Both the position numbers and the translations under genes were made by a program. A DNA stretch of 64,000 nucleotides from an uncultured Nitrospiraceae bacterium (GTDB taxonomy: Bacteria; Nitrospirota; Thermodesulfovibrionia; Thermodesulfovibrionales; Dissulfurispiraceae), in assembly GCA_963705105.1 (NCBI GenBank), contig CAVPIW010000006.1, positions 128,001-192,000 of the forward strand, given 5' to 3'. Positions within the stretch are counted from its first letter, which is position 1. Each line of letters starts with the position of its first letter. Shown piece by piece: positions 50,336 through 61,895 of the stretch. The notes under the pieces were generated by a model. It was not told the DNA's origin, ran no database searches, and saw only the letters and a program-made list of their open reading frames with translations.

Positions 50336-50866
50336 TCAATCCGCGAGAAGGGGCTCCGCGATGGCCTCGAAGATCCTCGTGAGGCGGACGACCCCGACGA
50401 GCTGCATCTTCCTTTCGAGGACAGGGAGTATGATAAGGTCGTTGTGTATCATGAGGTATGCCGCCTTCGCGACGGACTCCTCAGGCCCTATGAAGAGCTT
50501 GGCAGGAATCATCACGTCACTGAGGGGACGGTCTGCCAGTCCATGGGCGGCATCGCCGAAGAGTGCGTCCCAGTCGGCGGAAGGGACGGAATCGGGCTCC
50601 TCGAGCATGGGGGGATGGACGGGGGAAGGCTTCATGACGTCCGGTTCGAGCCCGATGATGATGTCCTTGATGGAGACGCTTCCAAGGAGGTTGTACTTCT
50701 CGTCGAAGACAAGGACCGGAGGAGGGTAGTAGGCGATGTCGCCGCCCTCGCCCGGGATGGACCTCTTCATCATGTCCATTCCCTGCCTGACGGTGAACCA
50801 GTAGGGCATGTGGGGGTAGTTGAAGATGTCTTCCATGAGGTCCTTTACCTGTGCTTCGATTTTCAT
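50336..50866 (-). CDS. CBS-pair protein
   Basis: VLVFDEKYNLLGSV; ILPVLE..QLVGVV. Confidence 0.85.
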   Translation of the reverse strand: MKIEAQVKDLMEDIFNYPHMPYWFTVRQGMDMMKRSIPGEGGDIAYYPPPVLVFDEKYNLLGSVSIKDIIIGLEPDVMKPSPVHPPMLEEPDSVPSADWDALFGDAAHGLADRPLSDVMIPAKLFIGPEESVAKAAYLMIHNDLIILPVLERKMQLVGVVRLTRIFEAIAEPLLAD

Positions 50867-50944
50867 GGGCCTTTCACCTCCCGGTGTATTTGCAGGGTGC
50901 AGTATTATTTCATATTCGGGTCAATTTCGCAATGAAAAGAAAGT

Positions 50945-51166
50945 CAGTGTGAGTGTGAGTGTCAGTGTGAGTGAAAGGAAGATACAATAAAGACAGTGTG
51001 AGTGCGAGTGTGAGTGTCAGTGAAAGGGAGATACAATAAAGACAGTGTGAGTGTGAGTGTCAGTGTCAGTGAAAGGAAGATACAATAAAGACAGTGTGCG
51101 TGTGAGTGTGAGTGTCAGTGAAAGGAAGATACAATAAAGATAGTGTGAGTGTGAGTGTCAGTGAAA
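50945..51166. repeat. 49-bp tandem repeat, about 4.5 units
   Basis: Unit (SAGTGT)4-SAGTGAAAGGAAGATACAATAAAGA starting at 50945, 50994, 51043, 51092 and 51141. Confidence 0.95.
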
Positions 51167-51219
51167 TCGGATAGCATATTAACGCGTTCCTTGGTAGAAC
51201 CACGGTCAGTCTATAGTGC

Positions 51220-51304
51220 TGTCATTCCGGCTTGTCCGGAATCTTTCTTTTTTCAGACGGATTCCCGACGCCCCCGCATCAAGTGCGGGGTTGCGGGAAT
51301 GACA
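51220..51304. repeat. GTCATTCC-type REP-like palindrome, copy 4
   Basis: Near reverse complement of 6367-6448. Confidence 0.8.
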
Positions 51305-51507
51305 ACATGAGAGGTGGTCCCCACTGACACTGACACTCACACTGACACTATTATGTTTCTTGATACATAAAAAATGGGTATGGTATGATGGGGATGCATT
51401 TGGTATACATGAGGTATGTATCAGTGCGGCGGCGGCATGATCCCGGCCATGGAGGGCCGGATATCGGGACGGAAGGACATAATCAACAGGCGGCATGGAA
51501 GGCGGGC

Positions 51508-54069
51508 ATGAGAATCTGGAAGGAGCTGCGGTGGATATTGGGGATGGATGAGGAGGGCCGGGAAAAGGAGAACAAGGAGAGAATGGACCCTTTCAAGAAA
51601 AGGTACGAAGCCTTTCGTGCCCTGCTCATGGGGAACAATGCCGTGCTGGAGACCATGGCGGACATGGAAGAGAAGCTCTCGGGCGAGTATCTCTTCGACA
51701 GGCATTACGTCGAATCGAATGTGCAAAAGGTGAAAGATGCGGTCAGGACCATCATCGAAAGCCTGAATTTCGTAGCAAGGAACAAATACGATGCACTCAA
51801 CGAGCGGTATGCGGGCATCTCGGCCCAGATCGATTACGATCTCGCGAGCAGGCACGAAATACCGGTCAGCGCCCATATCATCACCTTTGACGAGCTGACG
51901 AGAGACTATTCCGACAGGGTGGGGAGCAAGAGCGCCAACCTGGGAGAGATGAAGAAAAGGCTCTTCGTCCCCGTCCCTCAGGGATTCGCCATCAGCGCAT
52001 ACGCCTTCAAGAAATTCATGGACTATAACGGTCTGCCCCAGAGGATCCATGACAGGCTCGACAACCTCGCCATCAACGACATCGAGGCGTTGAACGCGGC
52101 GAGCAGGGAGATCCAGGCCCTCGTCATAGCTGGAGAAGTTCCTCCCGACGTGACTCAGGACATCCTTCAAGCTTTCGAAGCCCTGAAGGAGAGGGTGGGT
52201 CCTGATGTGAAGGTCTCCGTCAGGAGCAGCGCTTACCAGGAAGACGGGGATTTCAGCTTCGCCGGGCAGTACGCGACGTACCTCAATGTCCCGGGGGGAC
52301 AGATACTCCAGAGATACAAGGAAGTCATGGCAAGCCTCTTCAGCCAGCGGGCCCTCTTTTATTTCAAGACCAAGGGCCTTCAGGAGTCCGATATGGTCAT
52401 GCCTGTGGGCGTCCTCTCCATGGTCGATGCAAGGGCCGGCGGCGTCATGTACACGCGGGACCCCAATGAGCCGAAGAAGGACATGATCATGATCAGCGCC
52501 GTGAGGGGCCTGGGCACCGGAGTCGTCGACGGTACCGTCACCCCTGAAACCTACCTCATTGCGCGTGAGGGTGACCTCGACATCCTGGAGAGGAGGCCTT
52601 CGCACCAGGAGAAGATGACCCTCTGCAAGGAGGAGGGCGGTATCGAAGAGGTTCCCCTGGCCGAGTCAGAGAGAGAGGCGTCATTCCTGAACGACAATGA
52701 AGTCAAACTGCTTGCCCGCTATGCCCTCTCCCTGGAGAGGCATTTCAAGAGCCCCCAGGACATCGAATGGGCCATCGACCGGAACGGCCGCGTCTTCATC
52801 CTCCAGGCGAGACCCCTGCGCCTGCTCGTCAAGGAAACGGCGAAGCCCGTCCCGAGACGCGTGGAGGGGTACCGGCTCCTGATCGAAAGGGGCGTCATCG
52901 CCTGCAAGGGCATCGGCTTCGGAAAGGTGCATGTCGTCAGGATGGACGAGGACCTCAAGGACTTCCCCGATGGCGGCGTTCTCGTTGCCAAGCACACATC
53001 GACGAAGTTCGTCACCGTCATGAACAGGGCGAGCGCCATCGTCACCGATGTCGGATCGGCAGCGGGCCATATGGCCTCCCTGTCCCGCGAATTCGACGTA
53101 CCGACGATCCTCGACGCCGAGTCGGCCACGTCGGTCATGCAGAACGGCCAGGACGTGACGGTGGACGCCGTCAATTGCAACATTTATGACGGAAGGGTTG
53201 CGGAGCTCGAAGAGTTCGCCGGGAAGAAGGACGAATCCTTCAAGGAGACGCAGCTCTTCCGGATCCTCCAGAAGGTGCTCAAGAAGGTCACGCCTCTCAA
53301 TCTCATCGATCCCGACAGCGAGGACTTCAAGCCCGAGTCCTGCAAGACCTACCATGATATTACGCGCTTCTGTCATGAGATGGTCGTCCGGGAGCTCTTC
53401 AGCATCGTCGACACCTCGGCTGACGACGTGAGTTCCGTCCGTCTCGTTTCGGGCATGCCCGTCGAGATCTGGCTTCTCGACCTGGGAGGAGGAATTGAGG
53501 GCGCGCCGAAGTATCTCAACCCCGAGCACCTCCGGTCGATACCCTTCAACGCCTTTCTCAAGGGGCTCATGTCCATGAAGTGGCCCGAGGCAAGGGCCTT
53601 CGACGTCAAGGGGTTCCTCGGCGCCGTCGCCCACACCGCCACGACCTCGGAAGAGGAGCTCCAGAAGACGGCCGAAAAGAGCTTTTCCTTCATCACTGAT
53701 ACGTATATGAACTTCGCAATCCGGCTCGGCTACCACCTCTCGACGGTCGAGTCGTTTGTGGGGGACAACATCAACGACAACTACATCCGGTTCCACTTCA
53801 AGGGTGGAGGCGCCGTCGTCGACAGGAGGCTGCGGAGGGTAAGGCTCATAACGGAGATCCTCAAGCAGATGGACTTCAACGTCAAAATCACCGGCGACGT
53901 CATCGACGCGTCCCTTATGAAGTACAAGAGGGAGACGCTGGAGCGGAAGCTCGAGAGCATGGGGAAGATGACCGTCTTCACCAAGCAGCTCGACATGGTG
54001 ATGTACAACGACGCGATTACGGATTCCTACATCAAGGAGTTCTGCAAGAAGCACCTGATCGCCGAGTAA
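51508..54069 (+). CDS. PEP-synthase/PPDK-like protein (ATP-grasp plus phospho-His domain, atypical termini)
   Basis: VGSKSANLGE, VRSSA..ED..FSFAGQY, PQDIEWA, LQARP, GSAAGHMASLSREF. Confidence 0.85.
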   Translation: MRIWKELRWILGMDEEGREKENKERMDPFKKRYEAFRALLMGNNAVLETMADMEEKLSGEYLFDRHYVESNVQKVKDAVRTIIESLNFVARNKYDALNERYAGISAQIDYDLASRHEIPVSAHIITFDELTRDYSDRVGSKSANLGEMKKRLFVPVPQGFAISAYAFKKFMDYNGLPQRIHDRLDNLAINDIEALNAASREIQALVIAGEVPPDVTQDILQAFEALKERVGPDVKVSVRSSAYQEDGDFSFAGQYATYLNVPGGQILQRYKEVMASLFSQRALFYFKTKGLQESDMVMPVGVLSMVDARAGGVMYTRDPNEPKKDMIMISAVRGLGTGVVDGTVTPETYLIAREGDLDILERRPSHQEKMTLCKEEGGIEEVPLAESEREASFLNDNEVKLLARYALSLERHFKSPQDIEWAIDRNGRVFILQARPLRLLVKETAKPVPRRVEGYRLLIERGVIACKGIGFGKVHVVRMDEDLKDFPDGGVLVAKHTSTKFVTVMNRASAIVTDVGSAAGHMASLSREFDVPTILDAESATSVMQNGQDVTVDAVNCNIYDGRVAELEEFAGKKDESFKETQLFRILQKVLKKVTPLNLIDPDSEDFKPESCKTYHDITRFCHEMVVRELFSIVDTSADDVSSVRLVSGMPVEIWLLDLGGGIEGAPKYLNPEHLRSIPFNAFLKGLMSMKWPEARAFDVKGFLGAVAHTATTSEEELQKTAEKSFSFITDTYMNFAIRLGYHLSTVESFVGDNINDNYIRFHFKGGGAVVDRRLRRVRLITEILKQMDFNVKITGDVIDASLMKYKRETLERKLESMGKMTVFTKQLDMVMYNDAITDSYIKEFCKKHLIAE

Positions 54070-54089
54070 TACGGCATAGACGCCGTATA

Positions 54090-54297
54090 GATTGTCGCTG
54101 CATGAAAAGGCAGGGCAAATCGCCTCAAAGCCTCGCTGATCGCGAGAATGATCATTTATTATTGGGTTCGCGATTCCATCAGCCTGTCATATGGCGTCAG
54201 CTTAAAATGATCAGCTTGGGAAGGCAAATGTTTCGCAGCACCGATGCTTTTCGGCGCCTTCGCCCCGCCTTGCCTGAGGGCATATGCAGCAATAAGG
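54090..54297 (+). repeat. Palindromic dispersed element, copy F
   Basis: Both arms present; core related to copy D; followed by a 74-nt block shared with copy A. Confidence 0.8.
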
Positions 54298-54438
54298 TAG
54301 ACACGGCAAAGGGTGGTCTGGAGATCAACAAGGTATCTTAGCGGAAAGGCTTTTCACCACATCAGCCTTCCCGCGAGTGTATTTGCGGTCTTGTTCCGAC
54401 TACTGACTACTGTCTACTGACTACTGACTACTGTCTTA

Positions 54439-54855
54439 TTATCCCTTCCCGAGCTTCTCCCGTAGCATCTTGTTCTCCCTCTCCGTCTGCTGCCATTTGA
54501 GGGCCTTGTCGATGGTGAAGAGGATCTGCTCCTTCCTGAAGGGCTTCGTGATGAAGTCGAAGGCCTTCTTGCCCATCGCCTCCTGGGCGGACTCCAGTGT
54601 GGCGTAGGCGGTCACGATGATGACGGGGATCTCTTCGTTGAATTTCCTGATTTCTTCGAGGAGTTCAAGACCGTCAAGACCGGGCATCTTGAGGTCGGAG
54701 ACGACTAGATCGAAGCCTCCCTGTTTCACGAGTTCGAGGGCCTCCAGAGGGTTGTTCGTAGTGACCACGGAGTACGGGGTCTTGTCCCGTATGATCATGC
54801 TGAGCAGTTTCAGCATGTCCGGCTCGTCATCGACGAGGAGCAGCTTTTCGGCCAT
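54439..54855 (-). CDS. Single-domain response regulator
   Basis: LLVDDE, SDLKMPGLDG, TAY, KP. Confidence 0.92.
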   Translation of the reverse strand: MAEKLLLVDDEPDMLKLLSMIIRDKTPYSVVTTNNPLEALELVKQGGFDLVVSDLKMPGLDGLELLEEIRKFNEEIPVIIVTAYATLESAQEAMGKKAFDFITKPFRKEQILFTIDKALKWQQTERENKMLREKLGKG

Positions 54856-54864
54856 TGTGCCTCC

Positions 54865-57093
<2,229 letters not shown>

Positions 57094-57186
57094 AGTCTCT
57101 TTACCGGTAGTATAGCAATCTCACTGTCGTATTAGAAAGGCGGGATGAAGAGTAGGGGCGGATGCATCCCGCCCCCCCTTACAGTA

Positions 57187-57642
57187 TCAGATGTTGCAGA
57201 AGTCCAGGCAGCTCTCCTTGACGACGTAAACGCAGCAGGGAGCATGCTTGACCACCTTCGGCGACTCCGCGCCGAGGAGGAAGCGGGCCTGCCCGCTCGT
57301 GCCCCTGGCGCCGATGATGATGAGGTTTATCTTTTCCTTCTCGGCGTAATCGATGATCTCCGCTGAGGGTGACGCGCCCATCTGGATGACGGCCTTGATG
57401 TTCTTCAGTCCCTGGCCCTGGAGATATTCTCTTGCCTTATTGAGAAGGTCCGTGGCCCTCTTCTCGAAACCTTCCCGGATCACCTCCCGGTTACCCGGCG
57501 TGATCTCGAAGTCGAAGTCCGCCACCTGATGAATGACATTCAGGAGATGGATCTCGTTTTCTCTGTCCTTGCAGAAGAACGCCGCCGATTTGAGGCACAT
57601 GTCGGTAAACTTCGATCCGTCGATGGGGACAAGGATTTTCAT
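57187..57642 (-). CDS. Universal stress protein
   Basis: KILVPIDGS, IIGARG, KVVKHAPC. Confidence 0.9.
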   Translation of the reverse strand: MKILVPIDGSKFTDMCLKSAAFFCKDRENEIHLLNVIHQVADFDFEITPGNREVIREGFEKRATDLLNKAREYLQGQGLKNIKAVIQMGASPSAEIIDYAEKEKINLIIIGARGTSGQARFLLGAESPKVVKHAPCCVYVVKESCLDFCNI

Positions 57643-57650
57643 TTTTCCTC

Positions 57651-58364
57651 CTATACCTCTTTCCTGACCTTAACCTTTTTCGTCGTCAGCCCGACTCCTT
57701 CGAAGAGGTGGTAGAGCGCGTATCCCCACCAGATCGTGTAGAAAACGTAGAAGACGAGGAGAACGGACATCGTGCCGAGCCTGTCGGTGACCTTCTGGGG
57801 CTCAATCTTATAGAAGTTGTAGGCCGGCTCGATGACCTTCGAGGCCACCTCGTTCATCATCTTCGCGCTCGGAAACTCGCTCTTGAGCTGGAGGGCCTTG
57901 TCGATCTTCTTAAGGGAGTTCCACCAGTCCTTCATGACCTGTTTCTCGTCGTACCCGTACGCGGTCTTGACCTTTTCCCCGTCGTTATTGTACATGTTGT
58001 CCGAATCCCTGATGACGACGGAGAGGACCTTTCCGACATCGCCCGATATCTTGAGCGTGCCCTCTTTCTGGTCAGCCGCGGCGCCGGCGGCCGTGAAGAG
58101 ACCGGCGATCCTCTTCGCGTCTTCGGGTTTGTCGATCTTGATCTCGACGTCGAAGGCCTTGCCGACGAACTTCTCGTTGGCTGCGGAGGTTTTGGGGACA
58201 TAATAGGCCGATCCCTTCGAGAGCTTGTTGAATATGTCGTCAGAGAACTCGAGGCCGTTTCTTCCTTCGCCGAAGATAGGCGACATGATGGCGAAGAAAA
58301 GCACAAAGAAGGCGGCGGCCATGACGAGGCCGGTGGTGAAGTGCTTCTTATCTTTTACTAACAT
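57651..58364 (-). CDS. Conserved membrane protein accompanying TauE
   Basis: N- and C-terminal TM helices; FNKLSKGS, EPAYNFY, YTIWWG; directly follows the TauE gene. Confidence 0.75.
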   Translation of the reverse strand: MLVKDKKHFTTGLVMAAAFFVLFFAIMSPIFGEGRNGLEFSDDIFNKLSKGSAYYVPKTSAANEKFVGKAFDVEIKIDKPEDAKRIAGLFTAAGAAADQKEGTLKISGDVGKVLSVVIRDSDNMYNNDGEKVKTAYGYDEKQVMKDWWNSLKKIDKALQLKSEFPSAKMMNEVASKVIEPAYNFYKIEPQKVTDRLGTMSVLLVFYVFYTIWWGYALYHLFEGVGLTTKKVKVRKEV

Positions 58365-58366
58365 GG

Positions 58367-59659
58367 TTATCCCTCCCTGAAGGTTTTGATGTTTCTGAGG
58401 AAGCTGCTCAGGACCCAGCCGACGAAGGCCACGATGACGATCCAGAAGAGGATGTTGCCCAGGAGCTGAAACCCGTCAACCAGGGATTGCGGGAGGTTCA
58501 GGTATCCCATGTCGGTGAACTGTTTCGGGAGCGTCGTGAATCTGTTGATGAAGCCTGCGAGAATGGTCGTGGCCCAGAACATTCTGATGGTGAGACCGCT
58601 GACGACCTTCGTGACGAGGGCGCCGATCTGGATGCCCAGCAGCGAGCCCAGGAGCATACCCATGGCGAGGGTGTAGAAGACGAAGCCGTAAATGGCATAC
58701 TGGGTGATACCCGCATAGCCGGCGGTGAAGATGATCTGGAAGATGTCGGTGCCGACGGTGGTGAAGGTGGAGATACCGAAGACGTAGACGAACATGGGGA
58801 AGGTGATGAAGCCGCCGCCCACGCCCATCATGGAAGAGGCGAGGCCGACGATCAAGCCGCCGCAGGCGAGTATCACGGCGGAAATGCTCCTGCCGCCCGG
58901 CACCATGTCCTCATCGAACTTGACCATGGGCGGAATGCTGATCGCCTGGAGCTTGCCCGCTACGCCGGGGACCTCCGAGACGGTCGGCACGACGAGTTTT
59001 TTCCCCCCTTCGTCGTGATCGCCGCCGTGACCGGCGATGGGTTTGCCGCTCTTCCTCTTTTTCAGGTAGTCCGAGATGCCGTACCAGCTCAGGAAGCCGA
59101 GGATCGCGGCGTAGATGATGCTCACGACGGCGTCGCTCATGATGGGGTTCCACTCGTAGACGGCCTTCTGGATCAGGCCGCCGATGGTGGCGCCGGCAAT
59201 GGACCCGACGAGGAAGTACATGGCCAGTTTCACGTTGACGTTGCCCATCTTCTTGTGGAGCACCGATCCCATGATCGCCTTGGCGAAGATATGGAAAAGG
59301 TCGGTGCCGACGGCGAGGATGCCCTTGACGCCGGCGGCCATGAGGGCCGGCGTGATGATGAAGCCGCCTCCCGCGCCGATGCACCCGGTAATGAGGCCCG
59401 CACAAAAGCCGATGGCGATGGACACGAGGAAAACGATGGTCGTGTAGAACGACGGTGCGTACGACTTCTTGCCTCCCAGGATGTCCGCCGCGTCGGCGAA
59501 AAAGTACATGCCGACGATGGGAAGGACCGCCGCAAAGAACGCGACGACGAGGAGACGTTTTCGGTTGTGCAGGATGTTCATCGACACCTCATAGTCCCAC
59601 TGGGCGTGGTATATGGCGGCCGCCTTCATGCATTCATAAACCTTTCTCGGAAAACTCAT
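58367..59659 (-). CDS. TauE/SafE (TSUP) family transporter
   Basis: GCIGAGGGFIITP, AVGTDL, MGVGGGF, TVGTD. Confidence 0.9.
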   Translation of the reverse strand: MSFPRKVYECMKAAAIYHAQWDYEVSMNILHNRKRLLVVAFFAAVLPIVGMYFFADAADILGGKKSYAPSFYTTIVFLVSIAIGFCAGLITGCIGAGGGFIITPALMAAGVKGILAVGTDLFHIFAKAIMGSVLHKKMGNVNVKLAMYFLVGSIAGATIGGLIQKAVYEWNPIMSDAVVSIIYAAILGFLSWYGISDYLKKRKSGKPIAGHGGDHDEGGKKLVVPTVSEVPGVAGKLQAISIPPMVKFDEDMVPGGRSISAVILACGGLIVGLASSMMGVGGGFITFPMFVYVFGISTFTTVGTDIFQIIFTAGYAGITQYAIYGFVFYTLAMGMLLGSLLGIQIGALVTKVVSGLTIRMFWATTILAGFINRFTTLPKQFTDMGYLNLPQSLVDGFQLLGNILFWIVIVAFVGWVLSSFLRNIKTFREG

Positions 59660-60180
59660 TCCTTGCCCTCCTTGCTCTTTATTATCTTTATTAAATTAAA
59701 TGTGTGATTTTTCACCCGGGTTTCCCTCCTCCATGTCAGGGATGTCTCGACAAAACATGCAACCTATTGTTGCGGGAATGATTGCCCGAAACAAAACGGG
59801 ACGGTCGCAGAAATAAATATAATTCAATGAAATGATCAGCCATCAAATCTGCAACGATTTCTTTACATGAAACATATTGATTCAACCGCTAATCCTCTCG
59901 CTTCATGCCGTCGAACCTGTGTGCCTTTTTGCGCCGAACGTGCGTGCCCGGAAGCCGGCAGGCGGATATGCGGCCTGTTGCCGTCAGGCGTGACCATGCC
60001 GTGTATAGATTCACTTTTTGATTGTTTGCCTGCAGTGAAAGGACTGCAGGGGTGCGTCAGAGTGGCACTATAATATCAAAAAGGAGGGCAAAAAACAATT
60101 GAAAGGATTATGAGAAATTTTTATAGGCCTATTTGTCTTTGAGCCTTGGGCGGGCTATTTTGAATACATCTCACCGGGGG

Positions 60181-60270
60181 TCACCGGTCCTTTTTCCTGA
60201 ATTTGTTTCCTATGGCAAGTCCGACGAGGACGGCCATGAGAAGGACGAGTATAATGATCAGATATTCCAT
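60181..60270 (-). CDS. 29-aa single-TM small protein (below the ORF-track cutoff)
   Basis: MEYLIIILVLLMAVLVGLAIGNKFRKKDR*; GAGG 6 nt upstream. Confidence 0.55.
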   Translation of the reverse strand: MEYLIIILVLLMAVLVGLAIGNKFRKKDR

Positions 60271-60402
60271 AGAACCCTCAATTCAGTGTGAGTGTGAGTG
60301 TCAGTGTCAGTGAAAGGAAAACATAGAACCCTCAATTCAGTGTGAGTGTGAGTGTCAGTGCCAAACCCGTAACCCGCAACGCGTAACCCGTAACCCGTAA
60401 CC
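60268..60402. repeat. 39-bp direct repeat (period 54) with hexamers, followed by AACCCGT heptamers
   Basis: CATAGAACCCTCAATTCAGTGTGAGTGTGAGTGTCAGTG at 60268 and 60322. Confidence 0.85.
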
Positions 60403-61190
60403 TATTTCCTCACCGCTATGACGAATCCCTCTCTCATGTTCCTGATGGCGCCGGCGAGGGCCGTCGAATCCGCCTCCCACGATTCCTTCACCGTGATCGA
60501 CCCGAGCCTTCTTCCCTCATCGTCAAGCACATCGAGCTGCATGCCGGGGCTCACGCCGTGGTTCGTCCCCAGGCCGAACTTGATCTCCAGATCACTGTCC
60601 GTCTTCTTGACCATGTAAACTTCCGCCTTCCCGGCGTCAGCCATGAGCCCTTCCTCCTTCCAGGCAAGGTAGAAGACGATGCCGAAGGAAAGGACAAGAA
60701 AGGGGACGCAGGCGACGGCGAACCACCAGGGTGTGATCCCCGTCGTGCGATGGATGAGGGATGTGTAACTCTGTTGCAGGCTTGCACTGTCGCTGAAGAC
60801 GACGATCTTGAAGAAGGAGAACGGCGCCGGCACCTTTCTGTCTTTCGGCATGACCGATATCTTGTACGAGCCCGGCTTCGTCTGTCCGCTTACCGTTAAA
60901 ATGCCGTGCCACATGTTGCCGCCGAACCAGAAGCCCGTGTGGATCGCATCGAAGGTCAGGCTGATATCGTCGGAAGTGCTCGTGTAGGTGAGTTCCCCGA
61001 AGCTTTTCGTCTTTTCGTCCATCTGGCCGTTGATCTCCATCGTGGTGCCGGGCAGGACGTTGAGGACGTTCAGGGGATGCCGGAACTGGGCGATGATGCC
61101 GTCGAGGAGAAAGAACAGGAGGAGCAGGAAGAGGAGGGCGCCGGTTTTTCCGGCTATTTTTCTGAAACGGGTAATCTGAAGAATGTCCAT
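60402..61190 (-). CDS. Membrane protein of the TauE/DVU0150-type cluster
   Basis: 2 TM segments; GFWFGGNMW.G; FGLG..HGV. Confidence 0.7.
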   Translation of the reverse strand: MDILQITRFRKIAGKTGALLFLLLLFFLLDGIIAQFRHPLNVLNVLPGTTMEINGQMDEKTKSFGELTYTSTSDDISLTFDAIHTGFWFGGNMWHGILTVSGQTKPGSYKISVMPKDRKVPAPFSFFKIVVFSDSASLQQSYTSLIHRTTGITPWWFAVACVPFLVLSFGIVFYLAWKEEGLMADAGKAEVYMVKKTDSDLEIKFGLGTNHGVSPGMQLDVLDDEGRRLGSITVKESWEADSTALAGAIRNMREGFVIAVRK

Positions 61191-61208
61191 AGTCTCCCTG
61201 GAGCCTGA

Positions 61209-61237
61209 GGAAGCCTCCGGCAGGACCGGAGGCTTCC
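61209..61237. other. Perfect 12-bp intergenic hairpin without a T-tract
   Basis: GGAAGCCTCCGG-CAGGA-CCGGAGGCTTCC. Confidence 0.6.
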
Positions 61238-61247
61238 CCGTTCATTC

Positions 61248-61838
61248 CTACTTCTTGAAGATGTCCGTCTTGCTGATGTTCATGAGCCGCTGCGCCTTGC
61301 CCGGCTGATGATAGTATATACGAACTTCGTCCCCCGCTTCCCAGGTATTGTCGGGATAGGCGAAATTCTCCTCAGGCACGGTGAAGGTCGTCATGATTTT
61401 CTGCCTGCCCGAGTAGACGGTGATCGTCTTTTTCTCCCTGTCGACTATGGGGAACTTCTTGTCCTTCACGAGGGGATTGTCCCTGGCGACGCCTTCCTTC
61501 TGGTCCAGGAGAGTGTATTTGATCGTCTTGAAGTTCTGCGACGCCTTATCGAAAATGACGATCTCCAGGTTCTTCGTGTCGAGCTTCATCCGCATACCCG
61601 CTTTGGGATCAGGCCCCATTTCCCCGGGGTCCTTGGGGATCTCGTAGACATGGGGCGGCAGTTCGGTGTATTCCGGCTTCTGTGGGTCGGCCTTCATGTC
61701 CTTGATCAGGGTGACCGTCCCCTTCTCCTTGTTGAATTCGATCACCCGTCCCTGATCCACCTTCCCGAGCTCTCCGCAACCGAGGAGCAGTGCGAGGGGC
61801 AGGACGGCCAGTATCGAAAACCAGAGCAGTTTCTTCAT
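61248..61838 (-). CDS. DUF4881-like lipoprotein
   Basis: LLLGC lipobox; GKVDQGRVI; MGPDP.AG.RMKLD; RLMNISKTDIFKK. Confidence 0.7.
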   Translation of the reverse strand: MKKLLWFSILAVLPLALLLGCGELGKVDQGRVIEFNKEKGTVTLIKDMKADPQKPEYTELPPHVYEIPKDPGEMGPDPKAGMRMKLDTKNLEIVIFDKASQNFKTIKYTLLDQKEGVARDNPLVKDKKFPIVDREKKTITVYSGRQKIMTTFTVPEENFAYPDNTWEAGDEVRIYYHQPGKAQRLMNISKTDIFKK

Positions 61839-61895
61839 TCTCATTTCCTCCTTCAACATGATCGTGGTCATCTGTGTGCCTCTCCGACCCTCTTC

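Noticed and set aside
50945..51166. Tandem array as a CRISPR or other guide-RNA array
   Set aside because: No unique spacers; whole units are near-identical and low-complexity
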